Sequence record: OR805292.1
Strand: one strand, 5' to 3'
Length of the DNA stretch: 64,000 nucleotides
In this document: piece by piece, positions 8,939 to 18,123 of the stretch
Layout of the letters: the number at the start of each line of letters is the position of its first letter
Position numbering within the stretch: position 1 is the stretch's first letter
The notes under the pieces: model-generated
Told to the model about the DNA's origin: nothing
The model's input: only the letters and a program-made list of their open reading frames with translations
The model's database searches: none
Program-made: the position numbers and the translations under genes

Positions 8939-10766
8939 ATTATGCGAAACAGATCGTATTAATATTATCAAATTACACTTCGATGATTTAAAATCTGTAT
9001 CTGAATTAAAGCAAATATACGGAGTCTCTTATGATGTCATTAAAACCATCATAAGAGATGAAACGAATCGTCTACCGTTGCAAGAAACTGATATAAAAAT
9101 TTTGAAATTTAAAAAACTTGTTTCAAAGGAGTTGTTATTTGAATTACATGTAATTAAAAAACAATCATTTAATGAAATAAGAAAGACTTATAAGATTAAT
9201 GAACTTCATTTAAAACAAGTGTTTAATGATTACGGAATACCAATTGAAAAGTGTTTATATACTGCTACTAACAAGAAGCGTAAAACAAAAAAGCCTGAAG
9301 ATTTTACTAAAGACTTTTTCGAACACTTAGTATATAACGAAAGACGAACAATTAGTTGGATAAAAAATAATTATAACTTTAATTATGAAGAACTAAAACA
9401 TCATTTAACACATTTAAAAATCGATTATACTAATTCGTTGCCACCTGCTGTAAAACATCAACAAGATAAAATATCTAGAGAAACCCTAGCAGAAGAATTA
9501 AAAATTAAATCTATTGTTGATATAATAAATGAATACGGAATTTCGAGAACTTATGTAGAAAGCGTTATAAAAGAATACAATATACAGTATTTTACAAAAC
9601 CGAAACATTCTATATTAAGTGGTAAAGAATCAGAAATTTATCGGATGTATTATGATGAATGTATGACTACATACCAAATAGCAGAAAAATTGGGAGTATG
9701 TCAATACACCATATGGAAAATAATGGCAGATAACGGATGGAAAACACGAGAACCGATTAAAAAAATTGATTTGATTTGGAATGATATAAAAGAAGAAGTT
9801 GTTAAATTAATAGACAACGGTTATACATTAGCTGCTTTATGTGAAAAATACGAAATAACATCTATTACTGAAAAGTTAATAGAAGAAGGTATAAAATATA
9901 CAAAGGGAAATATTTCTTCTGGTCATGCAGAAATATCTGAATATGTGCGTTCATTGGGATTTAATGTAATCGACAATGATCGTACTATTATATTTCCGCG
10001 AGAAATTGATATTTTTATTCCCGAACTTAACATAGGAATAGAATACAACGGATTATATTTTCATAGCACACGAACAGAAGGAAATGTAACAAAGCATAGA
10101 GAAAAATATAGCATATGTAAACAAAAAGGTATTCGTTTAATACAAATTTTTGAAGATGAATTTATTCATAAGAAAGAACTAGTAAAGAGAAAATTAGCGC
10201 ACATTTTAGGAAAATCTAATAATAAATGTTATGCAAGGAATTGTATAGTTAAAGAAATATCGGTAGCAGACAAACGAAATTTCTTTAAAAAATATCACAT
10301 ACAAGAAGATTCTGCATCCTCGTATGCATATGGATTATATTATGATAATGAATTGGTTTGTGCTATGTCTTTTCTTAAAAAGAAGAAATGTACAGAATTA
10401 GTTAGATATGCATCTTCTATGCACGTGATAGGCGGATTTTCTAAGTTGTTGAAATATTGTATTAATAATAACAAAATAGATGTTATAAACACCTATGCTG
10501 ATCTCAGATGGTCGAATCCGACAAATAATGTATATGTAAACAATGGGTTTGATATACTGTATGAGACTGATTTTAATTACACTTATGTGAGTAAAGAGGA
10601 TTTTTCAAAAAGGCTTAATAGGCAAAAATTTATGAAACACAAGTTGAAAAACATTTTATCAGATTTCGATAAATCATTAACAGAAGAAGAGAATATGAAA
10701 AATAATGGATTTTATCGAGTATACGATGCTGGCCATTTAAAATTGCAATATAAGGTTAATAAATGA
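8931..10766 (+). CDS. Putative homing endonuclease: HTH repeats, Vsr-like nuclease and C-terminal Hef/Mom-like (GNAT-fold) domain
   Basis: EIDIFIPELNIGIEYNGLYFHS...LIQIFEDE nuclease motif; C-terminal ELVRYAS...GGFSKL...TYADLRWS...VY...GF. Confidence 0.7.
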   Translation: MNKLCETDRINIIKLHFDDLKSVSELKQIYGVSYDVIKTIIRDETNRLPLQETDIKILKFKKLVSKELLFELHVIKKQSFNEIRKTYKINELHLKQVFNDYGIPIEKCLYTATNKKRKTKKPEDFTKDFFEHLVYNERRTISWIKNNYNFNYEELKHHLTHLKIDYTNSLPPAVKHQQDKISRETLAEELKIKSIVDIINEYGISRTYVESVIKEYNIQYFTKPKHSILSGKESEIYRMYYDECMTTYQIAEKLGVCQYTIWKIMADNGWKTREPIKKIDLIWNDIKEEVVKLIDNGYTLAALCEKYEITSITEKLIEEGIKYTKGNISSGHAEISEYVRSLGFNVIDNDRTIIFPREIDIFIPELNIGIEYNGLYFHSTRTEGNVTKHREKYSICKQKGIRLIQIFEDEFIHKKELVKRKLAHILGKSNNKCYARNCIVKEISVADKRNFFKKYHIQEDSASSYAYGLYYDNELVCAMSFLKKKKCTELVRYASSMHVIGGFSKLLKYCINNNKIDVINTYADLRWSNPTNNVYVNNGFDILYETDFNYTYVSKEDFSKRLNRQKFMKHKLKNILSDFDKSLTEEENMKNNGFYRVYDAGHLKLQYKVNK

Positions 10767-10963
10767 TTACAGATGTTGAAGCAATAAATGAAATTTGGGC
10801 TGCCGTGCGACCATATATTAAGTCATCTGAGCGCATTCATGCAGCGGATGCGTTTATAGAAGTTTTAGATGAATACGGAATGCTTGATGTAGATATTCAA
10901 ATGTTTGAAAAAGAACTTAAAATAGCAGCAAAAACACATTTAGGTGAAGCAGATGACGACTAA
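10763..10963 (+). CDS. Hypothetical protein
   Basis: 66-aa ORF coupled to neighbours. Confidence 0.55.
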   Translation: MITDVEAINEIWAAVRPYIKSSERIHAADAFIEVLDEYGMLDVDIQMFEKELKIAAKTHLGEADDD

Positions 10964-11279
10964 TTTAGAATTTAGTGACGAATTTCTATCAACTGTATCG
11001 TCGTTGAAAGCCAATATAGCATCCAAAAATAAAGATGCTGTCATAGAACAATTAGACAAATTGTTAGATATGGTAACAAAAGATATGAATGCGGTTATAT
11101 GGGTAATACAACCTGAAAATATTAATAACCTACATATACTATGTTCTGATTCATTTAATATTCCTATTAGTCAATTTAGACTAAAACGAAGAATACCGTC
11201 AAAATCTCAACGAGCTCATTTATTTTTAAAAGTAATTAGGATTGCACTTGCTGGAAAAGAAAATGAACAATTGGTATAA
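10944..11279 (+). CDS. Hypothetical protein
   Basis: 111-aa ORF in the operon. Confidence 0.5.
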   Translation: MKQMTTNLEFSDEFLSTVSSLKANIASKNKDAVIEQLDKLLDMVTKDMNAVIWVIQPENINNLHILCSDSFNIPISQFRLKRRIPSKSQRAHLFLKVIRIALAGKENEQLV

Positions 11280-11727
11280 CATTGTCTATGCAGATTTATC
11301 TAAGATACCTGATTTCATTTCTTTTTTTGAAAAAGAAATAGATATTTCTAAGTCTACAGAAATGTCTTTAAAGGGTAAAACGTTAGAGAAACATTGCGCA
11401 GAGTTGCCGGGCATAGTGGAGAATAGATTTGCACAGCTTCAAGAAATTGAAGCTGTACTAGAATTACTTAACATTCAGTATAAACAAGAAAAAAGCGACA
11501 GATTCAAATTTTATCTACAGCAATTTCCTAAAGCACTTTCTTCTAGGGATGCAGAGAAATATGCAGAAGGAGATCCACTTGTAGTAAACAGGGCAATATT
11601 AGTTAATGAAGTTGCATTGCTAAGAAACAAATATCTTTCGCTAATGAAGGGTTTAGATTCTAAGAATTGGATGGTAGGCCACATAGTTAAACTTCGTTGT
11701 GCAGGACTAGACGACGCACAAATTTAA
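11263..11727 (+). CDS. uvsY: Recombination mediator UvsY
   Basis: Helical protein with ALSSRDAEKY..GD and KGLDSKNW..GHIVKLR.AGL motifs, directly before uvsW. Confidence 0.85.
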   Translation: MNNWYNIVYADLSKIPDFISFFEKEIDISKSTEMSLKGKTLEKHCAELPGIVENRFAQLQEIEAVLELLNIQYKQEKSDRFKFYLQQFPKALSSRDAEKYAEGDPLVVNRAILVNEVALLRNKYLSLMKGLDSKNWMVGHIVKLRCAGLDDAQI

Positions 11728-11739
11728 ATAGGATTCGTA

Positions 11740-13191
11740 ATGGCAAAGGATTGCAAATTAGTAATAAAAGATGAAGTAAATATTGCATTTACTGGACTTG
11801 ATATAAACACTCGTAGAAAACTATCTGATTCGTTAAAATTCTTTTTACCTCATGCAAGACACCAACCTGCATACAAGTTAGGTAGATGGGATGGATGTAT
11901 TAGGTATTGTGATATAGCCGGACGTTCGTATCTTAATTTTTTAGATATACTTATTCCTATTGTAGAAAATAGTGGTTATTATATAACCATAGAAGATAAT
12001 AGACAACCGTTTTCGTGTAATTTTGAACCAATAGATGCTAACTCATATTCTCATCTTACTTGGCCTGTAGGACATCAATATGAAGGGCAGAATATTGTTC
12101 TACGGGATTATCAAGTAGAGGCAGTGAATAATTACTTAGCTAATACACAGAGTATAGCAACATTGCCTACTGGTTTTGGAAAAACATTAGTTACTGCTGC
12201 ATTAGCACATAAAGTAGAAAAGTATGGAAGAACAATAACAATTGTTCCGTCTAAAGACTTAGTTACCCAAACGGAACGGGATTTTAAAAACTTCGGATTA
12301 GATACTGGCGTTTATTTCGGAGATAGAAAAGAATTAGGCAAAACCCACACTATAGTTACCTGGCAAAGTATTGAAGCTATTTATAAACAAAGTAAAGCAG
12401 ACGAAAATGCATTGACATTAGAAGAATTCATTGAAGGGGTAGTAGCAGTAGTAGTCGATGAAGCACATACCATTAAGGGTCAATCATTAAAAGAACATTT
12501 AACTTCTACATTTGCTAATGTTCCCATTCGATGGGCTATGACAGGAACCATACCGGAAGAGGAACACGCCGCGGCTTCCCTTATTGCATGCATAGGTCCT
12601 GTTACAAAAACTGTGAAAGCAAAAGAATTGCAAGAAGCAGGAATACTTAGTGAATTGCACATAGAAATCCTACAATTAAACGATTATCATACTTCGCATC
12701 CGAACTATGCAGCCGAATTAAAATTTCTTACTACAGACCCTACTCGTTTAAAATGGCTAGCCGAACATATAAAATCTCAAGAAGGCAATACGTTAGTGTT
12801 AGTTGATAGGCTGTCGAGCGGAGAAGAACTTCTTAAGCATATACCCAATGCTGCATTTGTTAAAGGTGATTTAAAAAGTAAGGACAGAAGAACTGAATAT
12901 AAATCAGTTACATCAGATACAGATAAAATTATTATAGCAACCTTTGGGGTTGCATCTACTGGTATTGATATACCATACATACATAATGTATATTTATTAG
13001 AACCGGGGAAGTCTTTTATTAGGGTAATTCAGTCTATCGGTCGCGGTCTACGCAAGGCACCTGGAAAAGACTATGTATCTGTATTTGATATTACTTCTGT
13101 TGCAAAATATTCTGCAAGGCATTTAACTAAAAGGAAAAAATTCTATAAAGAAGCAGAATATCCATTTTCTGTAAAAAAAATAGATTATTAA
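11740..13191 (+). CDS. uvsW: SF2 helicase UvsW
   Basis: LRDYQ, PTGFGKT, VDEAH, MTGT, QSIGRGLR. Confidence 0.93.
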   Translation: MAKDCKLVIKDEVNIAFTGLDINTRRKLSDSLKFFLPHARHQPAYKLGRWDGCIRYCDIAGRSYLNFLDILIPIVENSGYYITIEDNRQPFSCNFEPIDANSYSHLTWPVGHQYEGQNIVLRDYQVEAVNNYLANTQSIATLPTGFGKTLVTAALAHKVEKYGRTITIVPSKDLVTQTERDFKNFGLDTGVYFGDRKELGKTHTIVTWQSIEAIYKQSKADENALTLEEFIEGVVAVVVDEAHTIKGQSLKEHLTSTFANVPIRWAMTGTIPEEEHAAASLIACIGPVTKTVKAKELQEAGILSELHIEILQLNDYHTSHPNYAAELKFLTTDPTRLKWLAEHIKSQEGNTLVLVDRLSSGEELLKHIPNAAFVKGDLKSKDRRTEYKSVTSDTDKIIIATFGVASTGIDIPYIHNVYLLEPGKSFIRVIQSIGRGLRKAPGKDYVSVFDITSVAKYSARHLTKRKKFYKEAEYPFSVKKIDY

Positions 13192-13192
13192 T

Positions 13193-13444
13193 ATGAATTT
13201 TTATCAAGACGGAATTTATATAAAATTAGATGCAGATTTAAATGAACAATCGAACTTATTTAAATTAAAATCAGAATTATATGTACATTCGTATCCTACC
13301 CCTGATTTTTATAGATATACCAAAAATGGTAAAACCATGTTAGGAGTAGTATATGTCGGTTCATTAGAAACTGTATTTCTTAATATTATTAGCGGAGACT
13401 TTGACAAAGAAAAATTTTGTGCTATAATAGAAAAATACAAATAA
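13193..13444 (+). CDS. Hypothetical protein
   Basis: 83-aa ORF in the operon. Confidence 0.5.
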   Translation: MNFYQDGIYIKLDADLNEQSNLFKLKSELYVHSYPTPDFYRYTKNGKTMLGVVYVGSLETVFLNIISGDFDKEKFCAIIEKYK

Positions 13445-13454
13445 AGGTGTAATT

Positions 13455-13958
13455 TTGAAAATTTTATTAACCGAAAATGAATCATACGAATTAGATAGAG
13501 TCCCAGACGACATAGAGGATATACGGTATTGTATATTAGATTGTAATGATAAATCTAATGTAGATTTTTACTTTTTGCCTCTTATATTTTTAGAAAGTTT
13601 TTATTCTCCCGCAGTTGTCCTTAAGATAGGAAAGTACAGTATACAAATGCCGTTAGATTGGTCTATACTAGTATGCGACGAAGAATATTCTGATCTAGAA
13701 GTAGTACCACTTACTAGTCTAAATGATAGGGGGTTTCATACAATAGTATTTAATCCACTAAAACACATGGTGCCTGTTCCTTCTGAAATAACAATAACTA
13801 GTGTATTTACTGAAGTAAAATGGTATTTCCCTAAATTAAAAAGTGGTGCTGTCCTAGTTATTCCTTTAGAAGACGGACCTAATCCGAATTGTGCATTGTT
13901 TGTAAAAGAAGGGAATAAAATTCCTGATCCTATAGATATAGCAGAGTTATTTAAATAA
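13455..13958 (+). CDS. Conserved hypothetical protein
   Basis: 167-aa ORF, TTG start with SD, coupled to the next gene. Confidence 0.6.
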   Translation: MKILLTENESYELDRVPDDIEDIRYCILDCNDKSNVDFYFLPLIFLESFYSPAVVLKIGKYSIQMPLDWSILVCDEEYSDLEVVPLTSLNDRGFHTIVFNPLKHMVPVPSEITITSVFTEVKWYFPKLKSGAVLVIPLEDGPNPNCALFVKEGNKIPDPIDIAELFK

Positions 13959-14425
13959 TGGCAGAAGAAAGCATTTTACCGCTTTGGATGGAATTACAAG
14001 CATTAGATTATAATGATAGAGATTTTTATGACAAGTTAACTGATGAACAGAAAAAAGTATTTTCATCGTGGATTATAATGAGATATTCTAGTAATATAAT
14101 CGGTGATAATGCAGATTGGGGTCTTATAATGACCAATGATATTGTAAATGTAGATTTTTCATTAATGTATAAACATCCTAAACTGCAATGGATGCTATTG
14201 TCGTTGTGTGGAACTGGAAGAAAAGAACAACGTAAATGGATTGCCCCAAATAAAAAGAAAAAAAAGAATCCGAGGAAAGAATTTATTTTTAAAATTCATC
14301 CAAACGCAAAAGATGACGAAATTGATATGCTTGCAGATTTGTACACTGATGCAGAATTAAAGGATATTATGTTATCCTACGGATATGAAGATAAAGAAAT
14401 AAAAGATATTTTAAAGAAGAAATAA
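13958..14425 (+). CDS. Putative clamp-loader small subunit (T4 gp62-like)
   Basis: WIIMRYSS...TNDIVN...KHPKLQW...KWIAP pattern resembles gp62; replication-gene context. Confidence 0.45.
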   Translation: MAEESILPLWMELQALDYNDRDFYDKLTDEQKKVFSSWIIMRYSSNIIGDNADWGLIMTNDIVNVDFSLMYKHPKLQWMLLSLCGTGRKEQRKWIAPNKKKKKNPRKEFIFKIHPNAKDDEIDMLADLYTDAELKDIMLSYGYEDKEIKDILKKK

Positions 14426-14438
14426 TTCTAGTAAGTAT

Positions 14439-15146
14439 ATGCAAGCATCTAAGAAAAATAAAAAGGCAACATCGATGGCAAAGTGCGAGTTTTGTAGTAA
14501 AGAATTTAAGTCAGAACGAACAATAGCTGCTCATTTGTGTGTTAAAAAGAAGAGGTTTGCAGAAAAAGACACAGTCGGGTCTAGACTGGGATTTAGGGTA
14601 TTTCAGCGATTCTACGAACTAACTACTTCTTCTAAAACACCTAAATCTTTTAGAGAATTTATTGATAGTAAATTTTATATAGATTTTGTTAAATTTGGAA
14701 GACACCTAATAGATATTAATCCTATTAACACAGATGAATACATAGATTTCATAATAAAGAACGCTATACCGCTGTCTGATTGGAAAAAAGACTATGTATA
14801 TGTAAGATATCTTAAAGAATATACTCAGAAAGAACCTGCACAAAAAGCACTAGAACGAACTATAATCGAGATGGGCACTTGGTGTACTGAAAATAATGTA
14901 GATATTGTAGATTTTTTTGAAAAAGTTAATACAGTAGAGGCAGTATATCTTATTAAATCAGGAAAGCTTAGTCCGTGGGTATTATATCTGGCATCTTCTT
15001 CTGATAAATTGTGGGTTAGAATAAATGAAGAACAAGAAAAATTTATTCAAACTGCTGTAGATTTTGATTGGTGGCAAAAGAAATTTATTGCAAATAAGGA
15101 TGATGTTGACTTTATAGTGTCTGTATTGACAGAGGCTAAGTTGTAA
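14439..15146 (+). CDS. Hypothetical protein with N-terminal C2H2-like zinc finger
   Basis: CEFC-x12-HLC motif. Confidence 0.6.
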   Translation: MQASKKNKKATSMAKCEFCSKEFKSERTIAAHLCVKKKRFAEKDTVGSRLGFRVFQRFYELTTSSKTPKSFREFIDSKFYIDFVKFGRHLIDINPINTDEYIDFIIKNAIPLSDWKKDYVYVRYLKEYTQKEPAQKALERTIIEMGTWCTENNVDIVDFFEKVNTVEAVYLIKSGKLSPWVLYLASSSDKLWVRINEEQEKFIQTAVDFDWWQKKFIANKDDVDFIVSVLTEAKL

Positions 15147-15147
15147 T

Positions 15148-15750
15148 ATGGCAAAAGTGGTTACTGATGTTGATATTGACGTAGCAGATAGGTTAACAGT
15201 TTTGTCTGGACTACAACACATATCTGCTAAATTAGACGGAGTGGGAAAGAAACATTTATCTGGTGTATATTTTCAACCTATTCCGTTTGATCCGGAACAA
15301 AATATGAGCAACATAGATTATAAAGTTGCAGAAGAATTAGGCTACATGAAGATTGATCTTCTTAACGTGAGTATATACGAACAAGTTAGATCGGAGGAAC
15401 ATCTAAAGAAATTAATAGATAAAGAACCTAACTGGTCTTATTTTGAACATAAACAGATAGTTCAAAATTTATTTCATTTAGGAAATTATGCTGATCTGGC
15501 AGTAGGAATGAAACCGAAAAGTGTAGAACAGTTAGCAATGTTGCTGGCTGTTATACGTCCGAGTAAGTATCATTTACAATATAAACCTTGGGATATTATT
15601 GCCAAAACTGTGTGGGATAAGCCCAGCGACGGGTCATATCATTTTAAAAAAGCACATGCCATTAGTTATGCACTTGCAATTGTTGTTCAGTTGAATTTAT
15701 TAGAAGAAGAAGCAGAACAAGAACCCGATCCATTTAAGTTATTTTCCTGA
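15148..15750 (+). CDS. dnaE: Miniature DnaE (Pol III alpha)-like catalytic fragment, C-terminal half of a split core
   Basis: TDVDID (PDFDVD), KHLSGVY, GYMKIDLL (KFDFL), IRP, FKKAHAISYA (FNKSH.AAY) in the correct order within 200 aa. Confidence 0.82.
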   Translation: MAKVVTDVDIDVADRLTVLSGLQHISAKLDGVGKKHLSGVYFQPIPFDPEQNMSNIDYKVAEELGYMKIDLLNVSIYEQVRSEEHLKKLIDKEPNWSYFEHKQIVQNLFHLGNYADLAVGMKPKSVEQLAMLLAVIRPSKYHLQYKPWDIIAKTVWDKPSDGSYHFKKAHAISYALAIVVQLNLLEEEAEQEPDPFKLFS

Positions 15751-16132
15751 TTAAAGATACTTGTCGTCTTTTTATTCTCTTTTTGAGCATATTGTTAAGA
15801 GAAGTACATGGTCCGAAAACTATTTTTATATCTTTGTTTACTAGGGTTTTTAAGCAATATCTAAATTCTGCCATTTCATTTGGCATGAATATATTTATTG
15901 GTAATATCCTAGAAGATTCCCACCACCAACAGTCACCACATTGAAGAAATATATCTTTGTGTTGACTGTTTTTTAATGATTTAAAATCATAAAAACTTAT
16001 ATATTTGTCATCCGAGTTTTGAATAATTCCTATATAAAAATTTTCTAAGTGTTGTATGCCACTCAAAAATGGAAATTTTTCAGATAATTCTGCTAACTCT
16101 TGATCTATTGTATTATTATTTGTGTTGTCCAT
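15734..16132 (-). CDS. Hypothetical protein
   Basis: 132-aa ORF; minus-strand TAAATA at 16152-16157 and purine-rich SD. Confidence 0.65.
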   Translation of the reverse strand: MDNTNNNTIDQELAELSEKFPFLSGIQHLENFYIGIIQNSDDKYISFYDFKSLKNSQHKDIFLQCGDCWWWESSRILPINIFMPNEMAEFRYCLKTLVNKDIKIVFGPCTSLNNMLKKRIKRRQVSLIRKIT

Positions 16133-16181
16133 GATTTTCTTCTCTCTTTATTATTTATTCCTTTAACACTAACCGTTTTAA

Positions 16182-16189
16182 TATAAATA
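16182..16189 (+). promoter_or_regulatory. Late promoter TATAAATA (leaderless transcript predicted)
   Basis: Exact T4 late consensus ending 5 nt before ATG 16195. Confidence 0.75.
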
Positions 16190-16194
16190 CGTGT

Positions 16195-17064
16195 ATGACA
16201 TTCCATACATTATATAAATATGATAATTTTGTAGAACTGTTATATGATAACGGTATACTTTCTTGCAATTGTAAATTATTGGATAATAGACCTATGCATT
16301 CACAAACAATAAAACTATACAAAGGTGTAGATAATCAAGTAAAATTTAGGGTTTATAATCCTGATAGACGATTAGTAAATATTCATGGACTTTCTGTGTT
16401 TGCTAGTTTAATTAATACAGAAAATAAAGAACGAGTGCTAGTAAAACAGTGTGATATATATGAGCAGTCTCCTGGCATTTTTATATTGTCTATATTAGAA
16501 GGAGATCTAATAAATGTGCCTAATGGATATTACACTTTGAGTATAATAGGACAAGAAGAATTTATTCCCGGCATATCTAATATAGACGGACTCCCTGTAA
16601 TTAGTACGCCGTTTTATACAAATACATCATCTGATATACAACTGTATGCAGAAGTTAGAGATAGCTTAGAAAAGGCACCCATAGACACTATAGTTGCTAC
16701 TGAATGGCGAAAAGTAATAAACACCGATTATACTTTTAATTATTACAATGCAGGTCCATTTCCATCTAATAGAGTAAAAAATTATAGATCGGGTGTGCAT
16801 ACTATTGCAATATATGCAGAAAATTTCACAGGTAAATTTGAAGTATATGGTACATTAGACCAAATTCCTTCGCTAGAAGATGAATTTAGTTCTTGGTTTC
16901 CGATTAATTTAAGATCTATGTTTGATTATATTCAGTTTAATAATTTCACTGGAATAATGCCATACACTTTTCAAGCAAATGTTCTTTGGTTAAAATTCCG
17001 TTGGTATCCGGATTCGACAATCCCAAACAATGGAGAAATTTCTAAAGTAATGTTAAGAAGTTAA
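16195..17064 (+). CDS. Putative structural protein (beta-rich)
   Basis: 289-aa ORF under a late promoter. Confidence 0.55.
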   Translation: MTFHTLYKYDNFVELLYDNGILSCNCKLLDNRPMHSQTIKLYKGVDNQVKFRVYNPDRRLVNIHGLSVFASLINTENKERVLVKQCDIYEQSPGIFILSILEGDLINVPNGYYTLSIIGQEEFIPGISNIDGLPVISTPFYTNTSSDIQLYAEVRDSLEKAPIDTIVATEWRKVINTDYTFNYYNAGPFPSNRVKNYRSGVHTIAIYAENFTGKFEVYGTLDQIPSLEDEFSSWFPINLRSMFDYIQFNNFTGIMPYTFQANVLWLKFRWYPDSTIPNNGEISKVMLRS

Positions 17065-17093
17065 TTGACAACGAAAAACGTGCATGCTATAAT
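17065..17093 (+). promoter_or_regulatory. Sigma70 promoter of primase
   Basis: TTGACA, 17 nt, TATAAT. Confidence 0.88.
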
Positions 17094-18122
17094 GTGCGCG
17101 TGATTAGCGAACTTTTAAAACAAGAAATAACTTCTAGACTTCCGTATTTAAAGCCAGGAAACAAAGGATGGTTAGTTTGTAATTGTCCTTTGTGTGTCGC
17201 TATGGGTACAACTGCTGATAAGCGAAAACGGTTCGGTGTTATGTTTGAATCGGATGGAACAATAGGGGTCCATTGCTTTAACTGTACATTTGTAACAAAA
17301 TGGACTCCGGGGGCTCTGATAGGAGAGAAAATAGAGTTCCTTCTACGACATATAGGTACATCCGATGATGATATTCGTAAACTCAAATTCCAGGCATTTA
17401 GAGAGAAAGAAGCAGGAGACATATTTAAAACTCCCGAACTAGAATTAAGTATTAAAACTAATTGGACTACTACTAGTCTTCCTAAAAATTCTAAACCTAT
17501 ATTAGAATGGTTAGAAATATCTCCTAATGATCCCAATCTTCTTAAATGTGCAATGTATGCCTTATCTAGAGGATTTCCGGATATGTCTAATATATACTGG
17601 TCACCCTCTCAGAAATTTTTATGGAATAAACGAATAATACTTCCGTTCACATATAATGGAAAAGTTGTAGGATATTGCGGAAGATATTTTGAAGAACAAC
17701 CAAATGAATTAGAAATAAGAAGATATGAAAATAGATTCCCTGAACATTTTGTGTATGGGTTAGATTCCCAAAGATCCTACAATAGAAAATATGTTATACT
17801 AACGGAAGGAGTAATAGATGCTATAATGGTAGATGGAGTATCTACCATGGGTTCTGTAAGTAAACATCAAGCAAATATAATAAACTCGCTAGGCAAAGAA
17901 ATAATAGTATTGCCTGATTTTGATAGTAACGGCAGTCATTTAGTAGATTCTGCTTTAGAATATAACTGGTATGTATCATTTCCTAATTGGGATAATAATA
18001 TAAAAGATGCTAGCGAAGCATCCCAAAAATATGGAAGATTACTTACAGTTCAGAGCATTATATACGGTATCGAACGGAATTCTACTGCCATACGAATTAA
18101 AAGAAAAATAAAAGGAATATAG
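17094..18122 (+). CDS. dnaG: DNA primase (Zn finger plus TOPRIM; T4 gp61/DnaG-like)
   Basis: CPLC...HCFNC, LTEGVIDA, LPDFD, KDASE; true start probably GTG 17100. Confidence 0.88.
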   Translation: MRVISELLKQEITSRLPYLKPGNKGWLVCNCPLCVAMGTTADKRKRFGVMFESDGTIGVHCFNCTFVTKWTPGALIGEKIEFLLRHIGTSDDDIRKLKFQAFREKEAGDIFKTPELELSIKTNWTTTSLPKNSKPILEWLEISPNDPNLLKCAMYALSRGFPDMSNIYWSPSQKFLWNKRIILPFTYNGKVVGYCGRYFEEQPNELEIRRYENRFPEHFVYGLDSQRSYNRKYVILTEGVIDAIMVDGVSTMGSVSKHQANIINSLGKEIIVLPDFDSNGSHLVDSALEYNWYVSFPNWDNNIKDASEASQKYGRLLTVQSIIYGIERNSTAIRIKRKIKGI

Positions 18123-18123
18123 T

